Of a stretch of DNA of 32,000 nt, positions 1 through 8,173 are shown piece after piece. Positions within the stretch are counted from its first letter, which is position 1; the number at the start of each line of letters is the position of its first letter. This DNA is from Megasphaera elsdenii DSM 20460. Lineage in GTDB: Bacteria > Bacillota > Negativicutes > Veillonellales > Megasphaeraceae. Position numbers and translations under genes: made by a program. Below the pieces are notes generated by a model, which was given only the letters and a program-made list of their open reading frames with translations, ran no database searches and was not told where the DNA came from. The stretch lies in the NCBI RefSeq assembly GCF_003010495.1, contig NZ_CP027570.1, forward strand, positions 150,001-182,000, written 5' to 3'.

Positions 1-1156
1 GGGGCAGGGCCAGGTTCAGGCGCATGGCGTCTTTCCAGGCGAATTTCCGGCCATCTTGCCAGGCGACGCCGACGTCCCAGGCTTTTTTCAGGAGTTCCGG
101 CAGGGTCATCTGGTTTGCTTTCAAGTATTCCCCACATTCGACGAAGAGCATGTAAGTCCCCTGCGGCAGGCTGACCTGGCAGCCCGGGAAATGGTCCTGG
201 ATGTACTGGGTCGCATAGCGGCAGTTGCTTTCCAGGACCTGGTTCAATTCGTCGGTCCATTCGTGTCCGTCCTGGCTATAGGCGCCGATCAGGGCGTGCA
301 TGGAAAGGACGTTCATTTCGTTATAACAGGTCCGTTGTCCATGCTGTGTAATCTTTTCTCGCAAAAGCGGATTGGCGATGATGTGGTAACTGCCGATCAG
401 GCCGGCCAGGTTGAAGGTTTTGGACGGAGCATAGAAAGCGACCGTACGCTGGCGGGCGTCTTCGGAGACGGCTGCCGTCGGGATATGGCAGTGGCCTTGG
501 AAAATGATGTCCGACCAGATTTCATCGCTGATGACCCAGACATCGTATTTTTTGAAAAGGGCCATGGCCTGTTCGATTTCCCAGCGTTCCCAGACGCGGC
601 CTGTCGGGTTCTGAGGTGAGCAGAAAATGGCCAAGTGGACATGGTGCTTCTTGATTTTTTCTTCCATGTCGGCGAAATCCATGCGCCAAATGCCCTGTTC
701 TTTGCGAAGGGGGCTGAAGACGACGTGCCGGCCGGTGTTGCTCAGGTCCCCGATGAAGCCGGGATATGTCGGGCTGTGGACTAAGACGGCGTCACCCGGT
801 TCGGTCAGAACCTGGATAGTGCTAGTAATGCCGCCGTGGACGCCATTTTCATAGCCGATCATGTCGCGTGTCAGTTCCGGCCAGTCATGACGGGTCGTCT
901 GCCAGTCGATGATGCGCTGGTAATAGGCATCAGACGGCAGGAAATAACCAAAAAGCGGGTGTTTCAACCGTTGTTCCATGGCCTGGACGACAGCCGGGCA
1001 AGTCGCGAAACTCATGTCCGCTACCCACATGGGGATTTCATCGAAACCGGGCTTGGCCTTATCCGGTTCAAAGCCCCAAACGGTCTTGCCAATGCCATCG
1101 AAAGCCGTAGCATCCTTACCAGCTCGGTCAATAATCGTCGTAAAATCGTATTTCAT
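1..1156 (-). CDS. PLP-dependent aminotransferase class I/II, MalY/PatB-type C-S lyase (cystathionine beta-lyase-like), copy 1; the 3' end runs off the left window edge
   Basis: The reverse strand is colinear and indel-free with the complete 401-aa ORF at 16725..17930 (pos 1 aligns to 16775, ATG 1156 aligns to 17930). Hand translation of the diverged part 1..240 stays open and matches copy 2 except for one V/T change. It is missing from the ORF track only because no stop lies inside the window. Confidence 0.85.
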   Translation of the reverse strand, partial: MKYDFTTIIDRAGKDATAFDGIGKTVWGFEPDKAKPGFDEIPMWVADMSFATCPAVVQAMEQRLKHPLFGYFLPSDAYYQRIIDWQTTRHDWPELTRDMIGYENGVHGGITSTIQVLTEPGDAVLVHSPTYPGFIGDLSNTGRHVVFSPLRKEQGIWRMDFADMEEKIKKHHVHLAIFCSPQNPTGRVWERWEIEQAMALFKKYDVWVISDEIWSDIIFQGHCHIPTAAVSEDARQRTVAFYAPSKTFNLAGLIGSYHIIANPLLREKITQHGQRTCYNEMNVLSMHALIGAYSQDGHEWTDELNQVLESNCRYATQYIQDHFPGCQVSLPQGTYMLFVECGEYLKANQMTLPELLKKAWDVGVAWQDGRKFAWKDAMRLNLALP

Positions 1157-1248
1157 CTAATTTTTCTCACCTTTCATCATAAAAGTTGCGATTCGTTGTT
1201 CATAAAGGCCCGTCAAAGCCCCAGAATAGGCTGTGGTAAATTCTCTCT

Positions 1249-1308
1249 AGCAGGTTTCCCACGTGGAAGCCCCTACACAACGGCCATTGGCCGTGTATTT
1301 TTTTCAAT
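1249..1308. repeat. Conserved 60-nt element (CTTCCCACGTGGAAG-like palindrome plus ACGGCC-ATT-GGCCGT hairpin plus T-run) upstream of lyase copy 1; partner at 17975..18033
   Basis: Near-identical to 17975..18033 (3 differences by eye: 2 substitutions plus one T in the T-run), while the sequence between the element and the ATG is unrelated and differs in length (about 89 nt, 1160..1248, versus 41 nt, 17934..17974). On the plus strand the hairpin is followed by ATTTTTTT. Confidence 0.6.
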
Positions 1309-1512
1309 GAAAAATTCCTCTTTATCATAGTTCTTTCTCCATTGTACATCATCAGCCCTGCAAAAACCACTTTATCCTTCTTGATTATGTCGCAGCTCAT
1401 TCCTACTGAACCATTTCTAAGCTGCCTATGTGGCAGCTAACAACATCCTTTTGTATGAATAGCCGGATTCTACCTAAGCTTGCGTCAGTTCTTTTTATCT
1501 TCCTCCAGCTAA

Positions 1513-1788
1513 TTATCCCCCTACGGTCGATTCCTGTTGGGCCAAAAAGGCTTCTGCATCTTGGCGAATTTTTCCCAAATCCAGGCCCTGGTCGCGGGCA
1601 CCGAAAATGCAACCGCAATAGGGCTGGCGGTAGAGGTGGTAGGCTTCGGTCATTTTCGTCGATGTAAGGAAGCCGTTGTTTTTCTTGAAATCCGTCGGCA
1701 AATAAGCGTAGCCGTATTGGTCTTCGATGTCCAGGCCGACTTCATTGATGACCTGTGAGTTCTTATGGGGGCTGACGGTCAGAAGTTG
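1513..1788 (-). pseudogene. queH: 3' remnant (about 90 codons) of queH, epoxyqueuosine reductase of the DUF208 family; N-terminal two thirds missing
   Basis: The frame extended upstream of the 62-aa ORF 1513..1701 reads LTVSPHKNSQVINEVGLDIEDQYGYAYLPTDFKKNNGFLTSTKMTEAYHLYRQPYCGCIFG. The SP-x-K and LYRQxYCGC motifs are, as I recall, the DUF208 C-terminal signature. There is no CCAPC N-terminal part anywhere in the window. Confidence 0.65.
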
Positions 1789-1794
1789 ATGTAA

Positions 1795-1831
1795 CCCCCA
1801 ATTGTTAGACCTAACATCTAACTATTGGGGG
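1795..1831. repeat. Inverted repeat CCCCCAATTGTTAGA / TCTAACTATTGGGGG (15 nt arms, 1 mismatch, 7-nt loop) at the queH break point
   Basis: Read directly from the sequence. It lies 7 nt beyond where queH similarity ends and about 115 nt before the trailer repeat of array 1. Confidence 0.7.
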
Positions 1832-1946
1832 TCAGCTCACAGCTCAAATACGACAGCTTCTTTTTTTATACATTATCTGCCTAAAGCAGCCTAATTTATC
1901 AAAGTTTTCCACAAAAAAGGAAAACACGAAAATTAGACTGCTTTTT

Positions 1947-4473
1947 TTATCCGTCTCCTTACGGGGATTATGGTTCTTATCCGCAAGGTCTTCACAGACC
2001 CGTAAGCTCTACACCGCCAGGTTTCCGTCCCCTTACGGGGATTATGGTTCTTATCTCCTCTGTCAACTTGATTGACCACGACAAGCCAGCAGATGTTTCC
2101 GTCCCCTTACGGGGATTATGGTTCTTATCAGGGAACGATGCAAGAACAGTTAAAGCTTGAACAAGAAGTTTCCGTCCCCTTACGGGGATTATGGTTCTTA
2201 TCATTGTAGAACAGCAGACTTTACGTAAAGTCAATCTTGACACGTTTCCGTCCCCTTACGGGGATTATGGTTCTTATCAACTTACTCCCATGGTGTTCAT
2301 ACATGGGTAAGCAGGCATGAAGTTTCCGTCCCCTTACGGGGATTATGGTTCTTATCAATTTGAATGGCCGCATAATCTCATCTGGTCTGATGTTTCCGTC
2401 CCCTTACGGGGATTATGGTTCTTATCCTTTTCGTTGCGGCTTGTCTCATCAGTAGGCAGGTTGGTTTCCGTCCCTTACGGGGATTATGGTTCTTATCTGG
2501 CAAGAACTTTCCGATGAAGCAGAAAGTCTCGAAAGTTTCCGTCCCCTTACGGGGATTATGGTTCTTATCAATTCATCATCTTCCCGTTTGAATCCTTGAA
2601 CCTCTAAGTTTCCGTCCCCTTACGGGGATTATGGTTCTTATCATGTTCTTTGACAACTGAATATAGATTTTAGGCAGGTAGTTTCCGTCCCCTTACGGGG
2701 ATTATGGTTCTTATCAAAACAGCCTACATCATAGACGAAATGGATGATTAGGTTTCCGTCCCCTTACGGGGATTATGGTTCTTATCTAAAAGAAGAAAAA
2801 AAGGTTCAAACGAACGCGTATTATGTTTCCGTCCCCTTACGGGGATTATGGTTCTTATCGACGGTCAATGAAGTTGACCAAAACAAAGTAGAAGAAAGTT
2901 TCCGTCCCCTTACGGGGATTATGGTTCTTATCGTAATAAATCTGCTATTATGGATAGACTTCGTGAGATGTTTCCGTCCCCTTACGGGGATTATGGTTCT
3001 TATCGCAAAAAAGATGCAAGAGTCCTTAGGGATACCAAAATGTTTCCGTCCCCTTACGGGGATTATGGTTCTTATCTGTAGGTCAAGGTATTATGAACCA
3101 CCTAGCAGAAACGTAGTTTCCGTCCCCTTACGGGGATTATGGTTCTTATCGGTTAGAAGCGTCTCCAAACGGTCGGGTATGGTTGTTGTTTCCGTCCCCT
3201 TACGGGGATTATGGTTCTTATCAAGACAATGAAGATTTACGAACACAAAGCTATTAAGCTAGTTTCCGTCCCCTTACGGGGATTATGGTTCTTATCAAAC
3301 AGAGCAAGCCAGAATACCGTGACGATATTGAAGTTTCCGTCCCCTTACGGGGATTATGGTTCTTATCAAATTGATAACTTCCCCGTTTTGAAAGAACGCG
3401 TAGAACGTGTTTCCGTCCCCTTACGGGGATTATGGTTCTTATCGAATTTCATGAATGTGAAGCTATGGGGCTTCTCAAGCTGTTTCCGTCCCCTTACGGG
3501 GATTATGGTTCTTATCTTCTATTATGATTGTTGCGGTTGCTTATGTTCTTGCGACGTTTCCGTCCCCTTACGGGGATTATGGTTCTTATCTCAAATCGCC
3601 GATGAATTAGCAGCGTTTTATGCTGAGGAAGTTTCCGTCCCCTTACGGGGATTATGGTTCTTATCTTAGGCGTCGCGTTTGCAAGTTATGTGCTTTTAGT
3701 TTTAGTTTCCGTCCCCTTACGGGGATTATGGTTCTTATCGGTAACATGTAGTCAACAAAAAGAAGTAGCTACAGAGAAGTTTCCGTCCCCTTACGGGGAT
3801 TATGGTTCTTATCAGGCTTTCCCTAACAGGCACTATGTCATTATCAAGGGAGGGTTTCCGTCCCCTTACGGGGATTATGGTTCTTATCATTATCGACCAC
3901 CTTGTAACTTACTACAGCGGTGACAGTTTCCGTCCCCTTACGGGGATTATGGTTCTTATCAGTGAGGGAACGCCGCATCATAGCACTAAGAGTAATTTTC
4001 AGTTTCCGTCCCCTTACGGGGATTATGGTTCTTATCTGGCTGTATGGCTAACGCTTCGTAGGCGTCGATTTTGTCGTTTCCGTCCCCTTACGGGGATTAT
4101 GGTTCTTATCTATTGTCGCTATGGAATTAATGTTTCCTATGCAAGTATGTTTCCGTCCCCTTACGGGGATTATGGTTCTTATCGTAAATTACCTCTCTTT
4201 CTTAGTTGGCTTGTCTCATGTTTCCGTCCCCTTACGGGGATTATGGTTCTTATCAAAATGCAAAAAGCAAACTAGATAAAGAAGGGGCCTGTTTCCGTCC
4301 CCTTACGGGGATTATGGTTCTTATCAAGCGCAAAGCCCGGAAGACGCCGTTAGAATCGCCGGTGAGTTTCCGTCCCCTTACGGGGATTATGGTTCTTATC
4401 AGACATGTTAGTAGAACGTCAACGTGATTATGTCACAAGTTTCCGTCCCCTTACGGGGATTATGGTTCTTATC
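1947..4473 (-). CRISPR. CRISPR array 1: 35 copies of a 35-nt repeat (plus strand GTTTCCGTCCCCTTACGGGGATTATGGTTCTTATC) and 34 spacers of 35-43 nt; the trailer repeat 1947..1981 is degenerate (3 mismatches)
   Basis: Repeats were located one by one (2021, 2095, 2168, 2244 ... 4366, 4439). The reverse complement GATAAGAACCATAATCCCCGTAAGGGGACGGAAAC ends in ACGGAAAC after a CCCC/GGGG hairpin, as type III-A repeats do. The degenerate repeat is at the low-coordinate end and the leader at the high-coordinate end, so transcription is on the minus strand. Confidence 0.97.
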
Positions 4474-4755
4474 CGCACCCCTTATAAATGGCTTCATAGA
4501 GCCATCAAAAATGCCTTTTGCGGGGCGGATTTTCTTTTCTCCTCATTTTTCACATTTTTGTGGAAAATGATTTTCAAAAATCGTCCTATCGCTGATTTTT
4601 AAGCCAGCGGGGCGGAATGATTCTTTTTATGTTTTCAAAAAGCAAGTTGGGCGCATAAATACGGTATTACCTAACTAATTTATATTATATCATAAGTCTA
4701 TCAAAAACTATAGTTCATGATTCGTAAAGATCTGCCATTAGACAAGTATGGGCTG
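4474..4755 (-). promoter_or_regulatory. CRISPR leader 1 (AT-rich, about 282 nt), near-identical to leader 2
   Basis: Abuts the newest repeat. Aligns with 14505..14784 with a handful of substitutions and one 2-nt indel. Confidence 0.8.
4684..4692 (-). promoter_or_regulatory. Candidate extended -10 promoter element TGATATAAT for pre-crRNA of array 1
   Basis: The minus strand reads TTGATAGACTTATGATATAATATAAA. TGnTATAAT matches the extended -10 consensus. The same sequence is conserved in leader 2. Confidence 0.5.
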
Positions 4756-4796
4756 CGGTCTGAGTTCCTTTCCATCGCCTATATGCGATTTCGTAG

Positions 4797-4822
4797 GGGA
4801 CGCCTAGCCCAAAGGGCGTCCC
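4797..4822 (-). other. GC-rich stem-loop GGGACGCC-N10-GGCGTCCC about 60 nt downstream of the csm6 stop
   Basis: 8-bp perfect stem read from the sequence. No U-tract follows on the minus strand, so a role as an intrinsic terminator is uncertain. It contains a GTAGGGG/CCAAAGGGC motif related to the repeats at 18.8-19.0 kb. Confidence 0.4.
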
Positions 4823-4882
4823 GCACGAATTCTAGGCATAGCCGGAATGTATGACAAACGGCACATGATCATAATGCAGTAA

Positions 4883-6238
4883 TCACAGGTTTATCAACAA
4901 TGATTCTCCAATCCATTGATTCAATCGCTTATAAGCCATGCGTTGGCGATTCACAGGGGAACCATATATAATGGATAAAAGATTCCAAAACGATGTCATA
5001 ATGTCATCAGGAGTCAGCCCCGTCCTTTTCTGGATAGTTTCTTCCGTGACATTGATGATTTCGTGAGCTGTATTATTGCGTAATTTTCGCAGCTTATCCA
5101 TATAAGGGTTTGCCGAATTCATCAACGGATCTGTCATGAATTCATGATGTTTTTCCGCATCTTTGGCACCATCGAATTGTTCAGCAAAGCAGAAAACTTG
5201 ATAGAGCAAAATAAAAGACAATTCGCTATCATAAAAAGGTTGAGGCCAAACATGGTCCAAATAGGCAATCAGTTCCGGCCCCTGTGGTTTCTGGAGCAGT
5301 GTCTGCCGCCGTAAGATTCTGCGTCCTGCTACTTTTTCCCGGTAATTGAGGAGGGGTATTTTCAGATTCATCTTGGCATAGGTCACAAATAATTCATAAA
5401 GGAAGGGGGAGATTTGCACCATGAAGCTGGCATACTGTTTCTTCTCTTTATGGATTTGCATGGTCAACAAATATTCTGTCAAGCTCTCCCCTTCTCTTTC
5501 AAAGGGAAATAAGGCTTGCCCATGGTATTTTCGCATAATCTGTTGCGCCGCTTTCGTCTGCAAATCGGAACGGTACATGGCAAACTGGATCAGCTTCTTT
5601 GTCTGAGCAGAGATAGTATGGCTGCCTTTGCAAAAGGCCCAGGCTCCCATATATTCGTACTGGTTGACGAGAGACATGATTTCATATTTCTCGCGATAAA
5701 ACCGCAATATTTCCAAATGCGGCTCTTCACAGCGGTTCGGCGCATCGGGTTCATCGTCTTCATTGCAAGCCAGCATTTCTTCTACATCTTCTTCATCTTG
5801 GACAGGAATATTATTCGTATTGGAGCGGTGTTCTGGCGAAGCAACCTGAATGCCGCGGCACCAAGCATATTCGGTACTCATAATAGCTAAAACGACTTTA
5901 ATCTGTGGCGTTCCGGAACTAAGATTCAACAAGATTTCCGCCTCCGGATAGATTTGATGCAATTTCAAAACATGCCCTGGCAAATCATGCAGATAGGCAT
6001 CATACAGATGAGCGTCTACAATCCCGGAATAAAGCGATTCTACCGGACATCCTGGCTGGACATGTTCAATGCCCAAGGTATACATATGCGTATTTCGTTC
6101 GCGTTTTTCCATTTCAGCCGTAAAATAAAGAACAACTTTATCAGGATGGTAATAGCGTAAAATATGAAGGCAAGCGCCATCTCGACAATTACGCACAGGA
6201 TCCGTCGTTCCAATCGGCGAAAATAATATTTTCATCAC
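4883..6238 (-). CDS. csm6: Csm6, CARF-HEPN cyclic-oligoadenylate-activated ribonuclease
   Basis: The N-terminus MKILFSPIGTTDP is typical of the Csm6 CARF domain. The C-terminal LRKLRNNTAHEI contains the R-x4-H HEPN motif. It is the last gene of the cas operon. AAGGAG lies upstream; the start is GTG 6238 or ATG 6235. Confidence 0.85.
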   Translation of the reverse strand: MMKILFSPIGTTDPVRNCRDGACLHILRYYHPDKVVLYFTAEMEKRERNTHMYTLGIEHVQPGCPVESLYSGIVDAHLYDAYLHDLPGHVLKLHQIYPEAEILLNLSSGTPQIKVVLAIMSTEYAWCRGIQVASPEHRSNTNNIPVQDEEDVEEMLACNEDDEPDAPNRCEEPHLEILRFYREKYEIMSLVNQYEYMGAWAFCKGSHTISAQTKKLIQFAMYRSDLQTKAAQQIMRKYHGQALFPFEREGESLTEYLLTMQIHKEKKQYASFMVQISPFLYELFVTYAKMNLKIPLLNYREKVAGRRILRRQTLLQKPQGPELIAYLDHVWPQPFYDSELSFILLYQVFCFAEQFDGAKDAEKHHEFMTDPLMNSANPYMDKLRKLRNNTAHEIINVTEETIQKRTGLTPDDIMTSFWNLLSIIYGSPVNRQRMAYKRLNQWIGESLLINL

Positions 6239-6248
6239 ACCTATCTCC

Positions 6249-6998
6249 TTACAAAACGGTCGTATCTACGGCGCCCATACCGAGAGCTGTCTTGACACCG
6301 ACACCCGAAAAAGGCGCCAAAGAGGCGAGCAGCCCTTGAAGCCGCTTCAACATATCGTATCCAAAGAAAGAAAAACGCTGCCAGCCTTCACAGCCATAAA
6401 TCTGGCTGCCATTGACCGAAAAGACTTGGGACCGAAGCTGATATTTCGTGAGGCGGCAATGGCTGGTCAGTTGTTCTAATAAATCATCTTGTTCCAGTTT
6501 TACCGTATCGGAAAAAGTATTCCAGCGCTGCAATAAGCTCTGATATATAAGGCGGATATCTGGCAAGATAACATATCGTCCTTCTTGTTTAAAACTCATG
6601 ATACTGAGGCACTGCCATTCAGCCCCGGCTGGGGCTGAATCGGCTTTGACGAACTGAGCAGCTAAGTCCTCGAAGCTTGTCTGCCTTAAGAGCTGCATCG
6701 GTCCCAGCGAAACTTCATATTGTTTCTGTTTGAGCCAAAGGGCCGGTACTTTTTCCAAAGGGATGACCAATCTTTCATAGGCTTCATCTGTCAAGGTCCC
6801 AATACGCCAAAGCGGGCAATGCTTTGTTTCATCCCAATATACGACCTGGCTATAGGGACGCAGGGTCATATGATGATACAGTTCGGCACTAGTCGGAGCA
6901 ATGACATCCATCAAGGCCCCATGAAAGATAGATCCCATAGCCGGATGGATGCGGGTATGTTCCGGCATCTTCAACGGGATTTCTATCAGCCTTAACAT
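6249..6998 (-). CDS. cas6: Cas6 CRISPR repeat endoribonuclease
   Basis: 249 aa with a C-terminal glycine-rich loop, FSGVGVKTALGMGAV. Position in the III-A operon fits. The start overlaps the csm5 stop by 7 nt. Confidence 0.8.
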   Translation of the reverse strand: MLRLIEIPLKMPEHTRIHPAMGSIFHGALMDVIAPTSAELYHHMTLRPYSQVVYWDETKHCPLWRIGTLTDEAYERLVIPLEKVPALWLKQKQYEVSLGPMQLLRQTSFEDLAAQFVKADSAPAGAEWQCLSIMSFKQEGRYVILPDIRLIYQSLLQRWNTFSDTVKLEQDDLLEQLTSHCRLTKYQLRSQVFSVNGSQIYGCEGWQRFSFFGYDMLKRLQGLLASLAPFSGVGVKTALGMGAVDTTVL

Positions 6999-8173
6999 GA
7001 CGCCACCTCTTTCACTGCCGCCAAGCCCAATATCTGGCAGTCGTCATGAACCCAAGCCAATTTCAGCGTCCGTGGCGTCAGTTTGTCATCTTTGGTCATA
7101 TGGTGATGACAGCTTCTCCGCGTGAACAGCACTTTATCGAAGAATTCTGCCAACACAGTCCGTCCTTCCTCTTTCGGGGCCAAGGCATAATAGACAGTCT
7201 TGGTCAGGAAACCCGTACCGCCGCCGAGACGGATATCTGCCAGCTTGCTTTCTTCAAATTTTCCTTTATATTCATGACCAAAGACAGCTTTTTCTTGAGC
7301 TAACCCAAATGCCAAATAATCCCGCACCCATTGCCAGATATCGTCGAGGGTCGTAATGCCAATACGCTTGGCTATGTCCCGATCTAAGGTCATAGAAAAG
7401 CGGAACTTCCGGCCTGCTGGAATACATTCGCGAAAAAGTGCTAAGGAATGTCCGTCCAACCCTTCCCTGCAAACGGCTGAAACGTCGTATTTCTGTAAAA
7501 TCACTGTATCCCGTTCATGCCCGACGAGCATGGCATCACTGACGGAAAGGCCTTTCATGACGCTCTGCAAGGCATCATCAGGCTGATTTTTATATTGCTT
7601 GAGCCGCGCAAAGGCCTTCCGTTCTATGGCCTGAACCAGGTGGCCCATTTGTTTATCATATCTATCTCTTTCTCTGGCTTTCATAGCCGCCTTGATACGG
7701 CTCCAGAAAAGGCGATAATCATCGGGATGCTGACGAATATCATGGAACAAAATAGCTGAACGGATAGCACCTTTCAAAGTGCTGCCAGGAATATACGGTG
7801 TTCCATCGGGCGTCTTGACTTGACGGTGAATGTCGTTGAGCCGCTGTTTGACGTCTCTAACCAAATAGACATCGGCCGAAGAAATACAAATTTCCCGGAT
7901 AATAGTCGACAGACTGCCCAGCCGCTGCGCCTGGAGCCAGCCGCGCAAGTTCATTTTTCCCGAAAAGACCTGTGACGCATAATCATCGATTAAGTGATGA
8001 CGAATTAAGAAGTTCATCCACTTGGCTTTATCAAGAAAATAAACGCGCTGCTGATTCCGGTCTTTGGTGAAAATATATTCGTATTGTTTCAAGACTTCGC
8101 CATTGCCAACGTGAATCGGACTGATACAGGTCAGCTCATACGTCTTATGTTCCCATTTCTCTGCATTTATCAT
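6992..8173 (-). CDS. csm5: Csm5 (RAMP, Cas7-like subunit of the Csm complex)
   Basis: MINAEKWEHKTYELTCISPIHVGNG and PGSTLKGAIRSAI are RAMP motifs. The start is set at ATG 8173, which overlaps the csm4 stop as ATGA. The 27 extra N-terminal codons in the ORF track lie inside csm4. Confidence 0.85.
   Translation of the reverse strand: MINAEKWEHKTYELTCISPIHVGNGEVLKQYEYIFTKDRNQQRVYFLDKAKWMNFLIRHHLIDDYASQVFSGKMNLRGWLQAQRLGSLSTIIREICISSADVYLVRDVKQRLNDIHRQVKTPDGTPYIPGSTLKGAIRSAILFHDIRQHPDDYRLFWSRIKAAMKARERDRYDKQMGHLVQAIERKAFARLKQYKNQPDDALQSVMKGLSVSDAMLVGHERDTVILQKYDVSAVCREGLDGHSLALFRECIPAGRKFRFSMTLDRDIAKRIGITTLDDIWQWVRDYLAFGLAQEKAVFGHEYKGKFEESKLADIRLGGGTGFLTKTVYYALAPKEEGRTVLAEFFDKVLFTRRSCHHHMTKDDKLTPRTLKLAWVHDDCQILGLAAVKEVASC

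Noticed and set aside
1157-1250. Possible SAM-I (S-box) riboswitch in the leader of lyase copy 1. The minus strand has AGAGAG ... GGGCCTTTATGAA ... CGCAAC ... ATGATGAAAGG, reminiscent of S-box core words
   Set aside because: Too short (about 90 nt). It lacks the GGAGGGA and GGTGC-AATTCC elements and a terminator/antiterminator pair, and copy 2 has a different leader. An Infernal scan would be needed, so I make no call.
1200-1400. 66-aa minus-strand ORF between lyase copy 1 and the queH remnant
   Set aside because: No usable RBS spacing (AGGA abuts the ATG). It runs through the conserved stem-loop element, and the peptide looks implausible.
1795-1868. Hairpin 1795..1831 as an intrinsic terminator
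   Set aside because: The T-run (about 1858..1868) lies about 27 nt after the stem, and the loop and stem are AT-rich at the base. It is better explained as a junction-associated inverted repeat.
1992-4602. Many ORFs in the six-frame track across array 1 (for example 2744..3232, 3211..3669, 3802..4275) with recurring peptides VSVPLRGLWFLS, FPSPYGDYGSY and FRPLTGIMVLI
   Set aside because: They are translations of the 35-nt CRISPR repeat in three frames. The periodicity equals the repeat-spacer unit. They are not genes.
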